This document shows, piece after piece, positions 26,861 to 36,127 of a stretch of DNA of 64,000 nucleotides (positions are counted from its first letter, which is position 1; each line of letters begins with the position of its first letter). Both the position numbers and the translations under genes were made by a program. The DNA comes from Bacillales bacterium UBA1744 (lineage in GTDB: Bacteria; Bacillota_I; Bacilli_A; RFN20; CAG-826): NCBI GenBank assembly GCA_002314915.1, contig DCHU01000082.1, positions 3,896-67,895 on the forward strand. The letters are read 5' to 3'. The notes beneath the pieces were generated by a model. That model ran no database searches. It was not told where the DNA came from and saw nothing but the letters and a program-made list of their open reading frames with translations.

Positions 26861-26866
26861 AACCTT

Positions 26867-27985
26867 ATGAGATTCACAATTACAAAGGACGAATTATTAA
26901 AGGGATTGTTATCTGCAGGCCATGCTGTAGGAACTGCATCAGCAAACCCAACCCTCTCTAGCTTTAAATTAGAGATGACATCCAAAGGACTTGAAATCAC
27001 ATCGTCCAATGGAGATATCTCAATCTGGACTTTAATCCCTGAATACAGGGGAGAAAACCAGATAATCAGAAACTCTTCCTTGGGATCCGTTTTGATCAAT
27101 GCGAGAATCGTTACTGAGGTTGCCAAAAGAATCAGTGGAAGCGAAGTGACCGTTGAAATCATTGACAACGCAATCGCGAAAATCGATGACGGCAAATCAT
27201 CATTCAAACTTAACTGCATGGATGCTGACGAATACCCAGACATCGATTTCGACAAGACCGGAAACTCATTCGTTGTCGCGTGCGATGCCTTATCAAAATT
27301 GACAGCTCAGACCGCATTCGCTGCTTCAGATAAGAACCGTCCGGTTTTAGGCGCGGTCAACCTCAAGGCCGAAGCGGGCAACTTAACAGCTACAGCAACC
27401 GACTCAGCAAGACTTTCAAGAAAGACAATCGCGGTCGAACCAAATTTGAGATTCTCTGCAAATATCCCAGCAAAAACCTTATCTGATATCGTAAAAATGT
27501 TCGATTCCGTCGAAGAAGTCGAGATTTCTGCTTCAAGAGAAAAAATCGTCTTCTCATTCGGAACAACCATCGTCACAAGCAGATTGATTTCTGATGACTA
27601 CCCGGTCTCAAGCTCAATCGTTCCACAGGTCTTCAACTATTATCTCGAGATCAACTCTCAGCAGCTCTTGAACGCCATCGACCGTGTCTCCATCCTTTCA
27701 ACGGATAAGGCATCGGTCGTTAAACTCTCCATGACCGCCGACAACGTTGAAATCTCATCTTCTTCAGACCAGAACGGTTCCGGCATTGAGAAGTTATCAA
27801 CCATCCAGTTCACCGGCGACAGACTCGACATTGCGTTCAACGCATCGTTCGTTTCTCAGGCTGTTCGTGCACTTGGCTGCGAGGATGTCACATTCTCATT
27901 TGTAGGCGAAATGAGACCATTCGTCATCAAAAACCCTGAAGATGATTCCGTGGTCGAATTAATCACCCCAATGAGGATGAGATAA
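26867..27985 (+). CDS. dnaN: DNA polymerase III beta sliding clamp
   Basis: 372 aa. Three-domain clamp with typical N-terminus MRFTITKDELLKGL and C-terminus ELITPMRM. Confidence 0.97.
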   Translation: MRFTITKDELLKGLLSAGHAVGTASANPTLSSFKLEMTSKGLEITSSNGDISIWTLIPEYRGENQIIRNSSLGSVLINARIVTEVAKRISGSEVTVEIIDNAIAKIDDGKSSFKLNCMDADEYPDIDFDKTGNSFVVACDALSKLTAQTAFAASDKNRPVLGAVNLKAEAGNLTATATDSARLSRKTIAVEPNLRFSANIPAKTLSDIVKMFDSVEEVEISASREKIVFSFGTTIVTSRLISDDYPVSSSIVPQVFNYYLEINSQQLLNAIDRVSILSTDKASVVKLSMTADNVEISSSSDQNGSGIEKLSTIQFTGDRLDIAFNASFVSQAVRALGCEDVTFSFVGEMRPFVIKNPEDDSVVELITPMRMR

Positions 27986-28017
27986 GCCTTTTTAGGCCCT
28001 TTAAAAATTTATTTTAA

Positions 28018-28046
28018 AGAGACGCAAAAATGCGTTTCTTTTTTTA
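28018..28046 (+). terminator. Terminator after dnaN
   Basis: 9-bp stem AGAGACGCA / TGCGTTTCT (one G-U pair), AAAA loop, T-run at 28039-28045. Confidence 0.6.
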
Positions 28047-28068
28047 CTACTTGTAGTAAACTATATAC

Positions 28069-28299
28069 ATGGCAAAAATAGGCACTTCCAGACAAATTAA
28101 AATCAGCACCGAGTTTATTACCCTCGGACAGCTTCTCAAGTTTGCTGACGTCATTGACGAGGGCGGGATGGCGAAATTCTACCTCGCCAACAATCGCGTC
28201 TTGGTGAACGGTGAAGAAGAGAACCGCAGAGGAAAGAAGCTTAGACCCGGTGATACGGTTGAGTTGAAGGAAGGGAAATTCGAGATTGTAGACAAATGA
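28069..28299 (+). CDS. yaaA: S4-domain RNA-binding protein YaaA
   Basis: 76 aa. ITLGQLLKFADVIDEGGMAKFYL...VNGEEENRRGKKLRPGD resembles B. subtilis YaaA. ATGA overlap with recF. Confidence 0.85.
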   Translation: MAKIGTSRQIKISTEFITLGQLLKFADVIDEGGMAKFYLANNRVLVNGEEENRRGKKLRPGDTVELKEGKFEIVDK

Positions 28300-29366
28300 T
28301 CCTCGAGAAGATGTCACTTGCGAACTTCAGGTCATATGACAAATGTGATGTGCAGTTCGGGCCCGGCGTAAATGTCATAGTCGGGGCAAACGGATCCGGC
28401 AAGACCAATCTTGCCGAGTCCATCCATCTGATGTCTTTGGCTAAGAGCTGGCGAACAAACGAATCATCGACGCTTATCGGCATCGATTGTGATTACGCGT
28501 ACGCAGAGGCGCGCGTCAATAGTGGGGGCATGACAAGAACGATCGGAATCCAAATCTCCAGAAAAGGGAAGAAGGTTCTGATAAACGGGAAGCCGGTCAA
28601 GAGATTGAGCGAGCTCTCCAAGTGTGTGAATGTCATCGTGTTCTCGCCGGAAGACGTATCGCTCTTCAAAGGCTCACCAAGCGAGAGAAGGTCATTCCTT
28701 GACGTGAACATCTCAAAGCGTTCCCTGGATTACTTCTCCCTCATCGCGAAATTCAACAAACTGCTTGAAGAGCGCAACGCAGCCCTGAAGTCAGAACCTG
28801 TGGATAGAACATATCTGAAGGTCGTGACAGAGAGGTTGATTGAGGTTGAGGAGCCATTATCTCGCTACAGACGGCTTTACGTTGACGAGCTGAATAAAAT
28901 ACTATCGGACGTCGCGAGTGGGCTCTATGGGGCGGAAAGAAGCGTAAGAATTAATTACAAACCTTTCATCAAGTCCATAGACGAATTCAAGTCTCATGCC
29001 ACAAAACTCTATGATAGAAACCTCGAAAGCGACATCTATCACAAGAGCACATCGGTTGGCCTCCATCGCGAGGACTTCGAACTGATGCTGGACGGAAAGA
29101 ACATCGCGTTTTACGGAAGCCAGGGAGAAAACAGGCTCTCGGCTATCGCCTTAAAGATGTCGCCATACTTCCTAATCGAAGATGACGATCAGAAACCAAT
29201 CGCTGTTCTGGACGATGTTTATAGCGAACTAGACGCGAACCACGCAGCGCGTCTCACCGAGCTGGTGAAAAAGATGGGCCAAACGTTCATCACTGCGACG
29301 AATTTGGAAATTGAGGGAGCCACCTATATAGATGTCTCCTCGAATAGAGCCGTTAGGAGGAAATGA
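28296..29366 (+). CDS. recF: DNA replication and repair protein RecF
   Basis: 356 aa. Walker A GANGSGKTN, signature-like GSQGENRL, Walker B AVLDDVYSELD. Confidence 0.95.
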   Translation: MILEKMSLANFRSYDKCDVQFGPGVNVIVGANGSGKTNLAESIHLMSLAKSWRTNESSTLIGIDCDYAYAEARVNSGGMTRTIGIQISRKGKKVLINGKPVKRLSELSKCVNVIVFSPEDVSLFKGSPSERRSFLDVNISKRSLDYFSLIAKFNKLLEERNAALKSEPVDRTYLKVVTERLIEVEEPLSRYRRLYVDELNKILSDVASGLYGAERSVRINYKPFIKSIDEFKSHATKLYDRNLESDIYHKSTSVGLHREDFELMLDGKNIAFYGSQGENRLSAIALKMSPYFLIEDDDQKPIAVLDDVYSELDANHAARLTELVKKMGQTFITATNLEIEGATYIDVSSNRAVRRK

Positions 29367-29367
29367 A

Positions 29368-31440
29368 ATGGCGGATGAAAAGAAACTAGCTGCTGCCGCT
29401 GAAGCGAGCGGTGCAACGGCTGAATCCATCGAAGAAGAGGGTAAATTCTCTTACTCCGGTGTTGAAACAGACATTGATAGACGCAGCATCGAAAAAGCCG
29501 ATGAGAAATACACCGGCGAAAACATTCAGGTCTTAGAAGGTCTTGAAGCTGTCAGAAAGCGCCCTGGTATGTATATCGGCACCACAGCGTCGGCAGGTCT
29601 TCACCACCTTGTATGGGAAATTGTCGATAACTCAATCGACGAAGCCTTAGCAGGATACTGTGACAGAATCGACGTTATCATCAACAAAGGTAACAGCATC
29701 ACAGTCAAGGATAATGGACGTGGTATCCCTGTCGATAAGGTTGCAAAATCAGGATTATCCGGTGTCGAAACCGCATATACAATCCTTCACGCTGGCGGTA
29801 AGTTCGGCGAAGGCGGAGGCTATAAGGTTTCCGGTGGTCTTCACGGTGTCGGCGCATCAGTCGTCAACGCTTTATCAACATGGTGCGAAGTCGTCGTTTG
29901 CAGAGATGGCGGAGAATTCAAGGTCCGCTTCGAAGATGGTGGTAAGATCGCTCAGCCACTCGCAAGAGTTGGCGACAGCAGTGCAAGAGGCACAGCGGTC
30001 ACATTCTTACCAGACCCAACAATCTTCACAGAAACACAGACATATAACTACGAGTCAATCAAGAATCACATGCGTCAGATGGCTTTCCTCAACGGCGGCG
30101 TCAGACTCTGCTTAACAGATGACCGTGGCGAAGAACCAGTCCACGAAGAGTTCTTCTATGAAGGCGGTATTAAGGAATACGTTTCCTTCATTAACTCCGC
30201 AAAAATCGCAATCTCTGGACCGGTAATCTACTGTTCAGGCGCTGAAGAGGTCACCCTCTTAGACGGAACAAAGGAGAAGATTTTCGCTGAAATCGCACTC
30301 CAGTGGACAGATGGATATAGCTCAGACGGCGTTTACTCATTCTGTAACAACATCACCACAAAAGAAGGTGGTACACACGTTGAGGGTTTCAACCTCGCAA
30401 TCAACAGAACGATGAACGCTTACGCTAAGAAGGCAAAACTCTTAGACGACAAAGATAAATTCACAACCGAAGACTGTAAGGAAGGCTTAACTTGTGTCAT
30501 TTCCGCAAAGCACCCTAACCCACAGTATGAAGGTCAGACCAAGACAAAGCTCGGTAACTCAGAGGTCAGAAAGATTGTCTCAACAATCGTCGGTGACCAG
30601 TTAGAGCAGTACTTACTCGAGCATCCAGATATCGCAAAGACAATCGTTCAGAAAATCAGCATGGCATCCAAGGCAAGAGCCGCGGCTGTTAGAGCAAGAG
30701 AAGCTGTCCGTAAAGATGCTCTCGGAGTCACAACACTCCCTGGAAAGCTTGCAGATTGCTCCTCAAAGATTCCTGAAGAGTGCGAATTGTACATCGTTGA
30801 GGGTAACTCAGCAGGCGGTTCCGCAAAGAACGGACGTGATAGAGAAACCCAGGCAATTCTCCCTTTAAGAGGTAAGATCCTTAACGTCGAGAAGGCAAGA
30901 GAAGAAAGAATCTTCAAGAACGCTGAAATCGGAAACATGATCACCGCAATCGGCGCTGGTATCCGCGAGAACTTCGATGTCTCAAAGATCAGATACCACA
31001 AAGTCGTCATCATGACCGATGCTGACGTCGACGGCGACCACATCAGAATCCTTCTCTTAACATTCTTCTACAGATTCATGAGACCGCTCATTGAAGGCGG
31101 ATTCGTGTATATCGCCCAGCCACCTCTCTACAAGATTGAGGTTAAGGGCAACCAGTATTACGCATACAACGATGCTCAGTTAGAGCAGTTAAAGAAAGCC
31201 CTCCAGCTCAGAGCTGGATATCCATTCCAGAGATATAAAGGACTTGGTGAAATGGACGCTCAGCAGTTATGGGAAACAACAATGGACCCTAAGTGCCGTA
31301 AGATGATCCGTATCACGATCGACGACGCTGCAGAAGCAGAAAAGGCATTCTCCGAACTCATGGGCGAAGATGTCTTACCACGTAAGAATTTCATAACAGA
31401 GAGAGCTGTATTCATCAATCGTGATGACCTCGATATTTAA
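29368..31440 (+). CDS. gyrB: DNA gyrase subunit B
   Basis: 690 aa from ATG 29368 (AGGAGG RBS). IQVLEGLEAVRKRPGMYIG, GHKL ATPase motifs, TOPRIM EGNSAGGSAK, PLRGKILNVE, DADVDGDHI. Confidence 0.97.
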   Translation: MADEKKLAAAAEASGATAESIEEEGKFSYSGVETDIDRRSIEKADEKYTGENIQVLEGLEAVRKRPGMYIGTTASAGLHHLVWEIVDNSIDEALAGYCDRIDVIINKGNSITVKDNGRGIPVDKVAKSGLSGVETAYTILHAGGKFGEGGGYKVSGGLHGVGASVVNALSTWCEVVVCRDGGEFKVRFEDGGKIAQPLARVGDSSARGTAVTFLPDPTIFTETQTYNYESIKNHMRQMAFLNGGVRLCLTDDRGEEPVHEEFFYEGGIKEYVSFINSAKIAISGPVIYCSGAEEVTLLDGTKEKIFAEIALQWTDGYSSDGVYSFCNNITTKEGGTHVEGFNLAINRTMNAYAKKAKLLDDKDKFTTEDCKEGLTCVISAKHPNPQYEGQTKTKLGNSEVRKIVSTIVGDQLEQYLLEHPDIAKTIVQKISMASKARAAAVRAREAVRKDALGVTTLPGKLADCSSKIPEECELYIVEGNSAGGSAKNGRDRETQAILPLRGKILNVEKAREERIFKNAEIGNMITAIGAGIRENFDVSKIRYHKVVIMTDADVDGDHIRILLLTFFYRFMRPLIEGGFVYIAQPPLYKIEVKGNQYYAYNDAQLEQLKKALQLRAGYPFQRYKGLGEMDAQQLWETTMDPKCRKMIRITIDDAAEAEKAFSELMGEDVLPRKNFITERAVFINRDDLDI

Positions 31441-31455
31441 TGAAAGGAGACCGAC

Positions 31456-34125
31456 ATGGAAAACGAAGACAAGAAAATTGAAGAGATTTCTGAGGAAGCA
31501 GAAGTCACAGAAGAACAGTCATCAGCAGCCGCTGGTATCGTTCCTGGTCTCATCGATAGAGAGATCACAGAGGAAGTTCACACAGCTTTCCTCGCATACT
31601 CGATGTCCGTTATCGTCAGCCGTGCAATCCCTGACGTCAGAGACGGATTGAAACCAGTTCAAAGAAGAATCATCTACGGTATGGATGAGTCAGGCATGCA
31701 GCCGGGCAAACCATACAAGAAATCAGCTCGTATCGTCGGTGACGTCATGGGTAAATATCACCCACACGGCGACGCCGCACTTTACGGAACACTCGTACGT
31801 TTAGCTCAGCCATTCTCGCTCAGATACACATTAGTCGACGGACACGGTAACTTCGGTTCTATCGACGGCGACGAAGCTGCTGCTATGCGTTACACCGAAG
31901 CAAGAATGAACAAGCTTGCTGTCGAAATGGTTAGAGACTTAGACAAAGACACAGTCGACTTTGTCGATAACTATGACGGCACCGAAACAGAACCTTCGGT
32001 TCTTCCTTCAAGAATCCCTAACTTAATCATCAATGGATCTGAAGGTATTGCGGTTGGTATGGCTACAAACATGGCCCCACACAACCTCTCAGAAACAATC
32101 AACGCAATCGTCGCTCTTTGCAGAAACCCAGAGTTAACTGTCGAAGAGATGATGAGAGATTATCTCCATGGACCAGACTTCCCAACAGGCGGCGTCATCC
32201 TTGGAAGACAGGGCATCGTTGATGCTTACACAAACGGCACAGGAACAATCACAATCCGTTCCAAATACCACATTGAAGAAAAAGAAGGCCAGAAGGCAAA
32301 GATCATCGTCACAGAGATCCCTTATCAGGTTAACAAATCTGCAATGATCGAAAAGATGGCTGAGCTCGTTCGCGACAAAGTTCTCGAAGGTATCAGCGAC
32401 ATCCGTGACGAATCCAACAAAGAAGGTATCCGTGTTGTCATCGAAATCAAACGTGACTTCATGCCTGAAATCGTTGCAAATAACCTCTTAAAGCACACAG
32501 ATTTACAGACAAACTTCGGTATCATCAACCTTTGCTTAGTCAACAACGCACCAAAAATCCTTGGCATGAAGGAGATGTTGCAGAACTACATCGACTTCCA
32601 GATTGAGGTCTTAACAAGAAGAACAAGAAAACTCTTAGAGAACGACTCAAAGAGAGATCATTTGGTCGTTGGTCTCATCCTCGCTCACGACAATATCGAT
32701 GACGTTATCAACATCATCAGATCATCAAAGAACGACGAAGAATCAACAGCAAAATTAAAAGAAAAATACGGTTTATCAGACGAGCAGATCGGATCAATCC
32801 TCGCAATGACATTGAGAAGATTGCAGGGACTTGAACAGGATAAGCTCCACGCTGAACACAACCAGTTAACAGCCAACATCGCAGAGTACAACAGACTCTT
32901 GAGCGACAAGGCAAACATCGTCGAACTCCTCATCCAGGAAATCTCAGAAATCGAAAGAAAGTATGGCGACGAAAGACTCACAACAATCACAGACGATGCA
33001 GCCAACATCGACAACGAAGACCTCATCCCAGAGGAGAATATCGTCGTCGTTCTTACAAAGAACGGTTACATCAAGAGAATGAATGACACCACATTCCGTG
33101 CTCAGAACAGAGGCGGCAGAGGTGTTAAGGGCGTCACAACAACAAATGGTGACTTTGTCCGTATCATCAGACACACAAAGACACACACCGACGTCTTATT
33201 CTTCTCATCTGTTGGTAAAGTCTACAGATTAAGAGGCTATCAGATCCCTGAGGGAACAAGAGACTCAAAAGGTCTTCCAATCGTTAACCTCTTGGCTCTC
33301 GACTCATCGGTCGAAGAGAGAATTGTCTCAATCGTTGCATGCGATGACTACAATCCAAACGATTACTTATTCTTCGCAACAGTCAACGGTCTCGTTAAGA
33401 GAACAAAGTTATCAGAATACGAATCCATCCACCAGAACGGTAAGCGCGCTGTTGGATTAAGAGAAGGTGATGAACTTCTCGATGTTAAGAGAACGGACGG
33501 AAACGCAATCGTATCCATGGCTGCATCAACCGGCAAGGTCTGCACATTCAACGAAGCTGACGCTCGTGAGATGGGAAGAGACGCAACCGGTGTTAAGGGT
33601 ATGGAAATCGATGAGGGAACAAAGATTGTCGACCTCACAACATCACTCGAAGGCACAAAGCTCTTGGTCTTAACAACAACCGGCTACGGTAAGATCTCAT
33701 ACGTCAACGACACCGATGTCACTGACGAAGACGGAAACGTCCGCCACTACGAAGGCTATCGTATGACAACAAGAGGCGCTAGAGGTGTCCTCTCACTCAA
33801 GATGAGCGCAAAGAACGGTGAATTAACCGCTATGAGAGGCGTTAACGGAGACGAAGACCTGATGGTCATCACCAACAAAGGCATCGTCATCAGAACACCT
33901 TTGAGCCAGATCAAGATCGCCGGTAGAAATACTCAGGGCGTCAAGATCATCAACCTCGAACCACACAACAAAGTCGCTGCTATCACAATCGTTCCACATG
34001 AAGATGAGGAAGAGGTTGTCGACACACCTATCATCGAAGATGATGAAATCAACCCATCATTGGTTGGTGAGACCGAAGAAGTCGTCGCAGCAGAAGAGGT
34101 TGTCACGCCAGACGACATCATGTAA
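31456..34125 (+). CDS. gyrA: DNA gyrase subunit A
   Basis: 889 aa. [19 protein letters not shown] region [17 protein letters not shown], active-site region AAMRYTE, beta-pinwheel CTD, acidic C-terminal tail. Confidence 0.97.
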   Translation: MENEDKKIEEISEEAEVTEEQSSAAAGIVPGLIDREITEEVHTAFLAYSMSVIVSRAIPDVRDGLKPVQRRIIYGMDESGMQPGKPYKKSARIVGDVMGKYHPHGDAALYGTLVRLAQPFSLRYTLVDGHGNFGSIDGDEAAAMRYTEARMNKLAVEMVRDLDKDTVDFVDNYDGTETEPSVLPSRIPNLIINGSEGIAVGMATNMAPHNLSETINAIVALCRNPELTVEEMMRDYLHGPDFPTGGVILGRQGIVDAYTNGTGTITIRSKYHIEEKEGQKAKIIVTEIPYQVNKSAMIEKMAELVRDKVLEGISDIRDESNKEGIRVVIEIKRDFMPEIVANNLLKHTDLQTNFGIINLCLVNNAPKILGMKEMLQNYIDFQIEVLTRRTRKLLENDSKRDHLVVGLILAHDNIDDVINIIRSSKNDEESTAKLKEKYGLSDEQIGSILAMTLRRLQGLEQDKLHAEHNQLTANIAEYNRLLSDKANIVELLIQEISEIERKYGDERLTTITDDAANIDNEDLIPEENIVVVLTKNGYIKRMNDTTFRAQNRGGRGVKGVTTTNGDFVRIIRHTKTHTDVLFFSSVGKVYRLRGYQIPEGTRDSKGLPIVNLLALDSSVEERIVSIVACDDYNPNDYLFFATVNGLVKRTKLSEYESIHQNGKRAVGLREGDELLDVKRTDGNAIVSMAASTGKVCTFNEADAREMGRDATGVKGMEIDEGTKIVDLTTSLEGTKLLVLTTTGYGKISYVNDTDVTDEDGNVRHYEGYRMTTRGARGVLSLKMSAKNGELTAMRGVNGDEDLMVITNKGIVIRTPLSQIKIAGRNTQGVKIINLEPHNKVAAITIVPHEDEEEVVDTPIIEDDEINPSLVGETEEVVAAEEVVTPDDIM

Positions 34126-34136
34126 TTAAAGCTTAA

Positions 34137-34160
34137 CCTCAACAATTTGTTGGGGTTTTG
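34137..34160 (+). terminator. Terminator after gyrA
   Basis: Stem CCTCAACA / TGTTGGGG (one G-U pair) at 34137-34155, followed by TTTT. Confidence 0.55.
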
Positions 34161-34193
34161 CTGAGATATTTGAACACTATAAGGAGTCAAAAA

Positions 34194-35477
34194 ATGATTG
34201 ATTTAAAGTTAATCGAAGAAAGACCTGAATACGTTAAAGAGGCCTTGGCTAAAAAAGGTTGGGAATTCGACCCAGCACCATTACTTGCCTTGATCGCAAA
34301 GAGAAGAGAACTCACCAAAGTTGTCGAGACAAATAAAGCAGAGCAGAACAAGCTCTCAAAATCAGTTCCTGAAGTTAAGAAAGCTGGAGGAAACGTCCAG
34401 GAGATCTTCGCAAAGGTCAAAGCCTTAGCGGCAGAGAACAAGGAGAAGGAAGACGAACTCAACGCAGCATCAGCTGAGATCCAGTCACTCGTCGAAGTCC
34501 TTCCAAACTTACCAGACGCAGACTTAGAAGCTGGCGCAAAAGAGAACAACAAGCCATTCTACGTCTTCGGCAAGAAACCAGAATTCACATTCAAACCAAA
34601 AGACCACGTTGAGCTCGCTGAGTCGCTCGGCTTAATCGACTACAAGAGAGCAGCTAAGATCTCTGGATCCGGCACATGGGTCTACACAGGCTTAGGCGCT
34701 CAGCTTGAATGGGCATTACTCAACTACTTCATCTCAACACACATCAAAGACGGATACACAATGATCCTCTGCCCACACATCCTCAACGAGGATTCAGGCT
34801 TCACAGCAGGGCAGTTCCCAAAATTCAAGGAAGACGTCTTCTGGCTTGAAGGTTCAGAACCACGCAAATTCATCCTTCCAACAGCAGAAACAGCTCTTGT
34901 TAACCTCCACAGAAACGAAGTCTTAACAGAAGCAGACCTTCCAAAGAAATACTTCGCTTACACACCGTGCTATCGTAAGGAAGCGGGCTCATACAGAACC
35001 GAAGAAAGAGGCATGATCCGTGGATATCAGTTCGACAAAGTCGAAATGGTTCAGTACACAACCGATACCGGATCAGACGTTGCATTCGATGAGTTAGTCA
35101 AGAAAGCTCAGGCTTTGCTCGAAGGCCTCGGATTACACTACCAGCTCGATAAGCTTGCAGCAGGCGACTGCTCACACTCAATGGCTAGAACCTATGACAT
35201 CGAAGTCTGGATTCCATCAATGGGCATCTACAAAGAAGTCTCATCCGTTTCTAACGCAAGAGACTATCAGGCAAGACGCGGTATGATCCGTTATAAAGAC
35301 AAAGACGGAAAGATGCATTTCTGCCACACCTTAAACGGTTCTGGCTTAGCAACATCCAGAGTCTATCCAGCTCTTCTCGAGCAGAATCAGCAGGAAGACG
35401 GATCTGTTGTCATCCCAGAAGTCTTACGTCCGTTCATGGGCGGCATCTCAGTTTTAAAACCAATTGAGAAGAAATAA
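34194..35477 (+). CDS. serS: Seryl-tRNA synthetase
   Basis: 427 aa from ATG 34194 (AAGGAG RBS). MIDLKLIEERPEY, coiled-coil arm, class II motifs (YTPCYRKEAGS, TLNGSGLA). Confidence 0.95.
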   Translation: MIDLKLIEERPEYVKEALAKKGWEFDPAPLLALIAKRRELTKVVETNKAEQNKLSKSVPEVKKAGGNVQEIFAKVKALAAENKEKEDELNAASAEIQSLVEVLPNLPDADLEAGAKENNKPFYVFGKKPEFTFKPKDHVELAESLGLIDYKRAAKISGSGTWVYTGLGAQLEWALLNYFISTHIKDGYTMILCPHILNEDSGFTAGQFPKFKEDVFWLEGSEPRKFILPTAETALVNLHRNEVLTEADLPKKYFAYTPCYRKEAGSYRTEERGMIRGYQFDKVEMVQYTTDTGSDVAFDELVKKAQALLEGLGLHYQLDKLAAGDCSHSMARTYDIEVWIPSMGIYKEVSSVSNARDYQARRGMIRYKDKDGKMHFCHTLNGSGLATSRVYPALLEQNQQEDGSVVIPEVLRPFMGGISVLKPIEKK

Positions 35478-35498
35478 TTAAACAAATATAATAGTTAA

Positions 35499-35578
35499 GC
35501 CATCGCGAGAAGTTGTCTTCGAACCAGGTCAGGCGGGGAACCGAGCAGCCTTAAGATCAGAACTCCTGTGCGGTGGTT
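35499..35578 (+). ncRNA. ffs: Small (4.5S-type) signal recognition particle RNA
   Basis: Domain IV core CCAGGTCAGGCGGGGAACCGAGCAGCC equals the E. coli 4.5S core CCAGGUCAGGUCCGGAAGGAAGCAGCC, apart from a compensatory change in the stem under the GGAA tetraloop. Closing helix 35499-35507 / 35569-35577, followed by a T-run. Confidence 0.8.
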
Positions 35579-35602
35579 TTCTTATTGTTCTATAATAGTG
35601 GT

Positions 35603-36052
35603 ATGCAAGACGAAATTTTCATGCAAGAAGCCTTAAAAGAAGCGCAAAAAGCCTATGAATTGGGTGAAATACCGGTCGGAGCAGTCGTTGTTAAAGACGA
35701 TGTGATCATCGGTAGGGGCCACAATTTGAGAGAGAAGAACAACGACATCTCATCTCATGCCGAAATCGAAGCGCTCAAAGACGCTGCCAAAACCCTGGGA
35801 AACTGGAGGATGAATGGCTGCACGCTTTTCGTTACGCTTGAACCTTGTCCAATGTGCTCCGGCGCCATACTTCAATCACGAATCTCCAGAGTGGTTTTTG
35901 GTGCAAAAGACCCTCGAGATGGAGGGGTTGTTTCCAATTATTATTTATTCGATTCTCCATGTGCTCATGAACGCCCCCTTGTCAGTGTCGGTACACTGAA
36001 TGAGGAGTGTGAAAAGATACTTAAATTATTTTTTCTAGAAAAAAGAAATTAA
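35603..36052 (+). CDS. tadA: tRNA-specific adenosine deaminase
   Basis: 149 aa from ATG 35603. CDA zinc motifs HAEIEAL and LEPCPMCSGA. The track's longer N-terminus would overlap the SRP RNA. Confidence 0.9.
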   Translation: MQDEIFMQEALKEAQKAYELGEIPVGAVVVKDDVIIGRGHNLREKNNDISSHAEIEALKDAAKTLGNWRMNGCTLFVTLEPCPMCSGAILQSRISRVVFGAKDPRDGGVVSNYYLFDSPCAHERPLVSVGTLNEECEKILKLFFLEKRN

Positions 36053-36068
36053 GACGGCATCTATAGTT

Positions 36069-36096
36069 TTGGACACGTGTCAAAATTAGTCATAAT
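36069..36096 (+). promoter_or_regulatory. Promoter with an embedded perfect palindrome (candidate operator)
   Basis: TTGGAC (36069-36074), 16-nt spacer, CATAAT (36091-36096). The 10-bp palindrome GACACGTGTC at 36072-36081 overlaps the -35. Confidence 0.45.
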
Positions 36097-36127
36097 GTTT
36101 AGAAAACATATGTGATATATTTTCTAT

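Noticed and set aside
29364-29366. Possibility of genetic code 4 (UGA = Trp), given the Mollicutes-like gene content.
   Set aside because: recF and rsmA end at TGA stops that sit exactly at the expected protein C-termini and gene junctions. Conserved Trp positions are encoded by TGG. The standard bacterial code applies.
34126-34193. Possible T-box leaders upstream of the aminoacyl-tRNA synthetase genes serS, metG (50559-50628) and lysS (356-451).
   Set aside because: The leaders are only about 70-110 nt, far too short for a T-box riboswitch (about 200-300 nt). I also saw no T-box consensus (AANNNGGGTGGTACCGCG-like).
35573-35602. Track-predicted longer tadA N-terminus (MVFLLFYNSG...).
   Set aside because: It would begin inside the SRP RNA 3' helix and terminator T-run. 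The conserved TadA sequence begins at the ATG at 35603.
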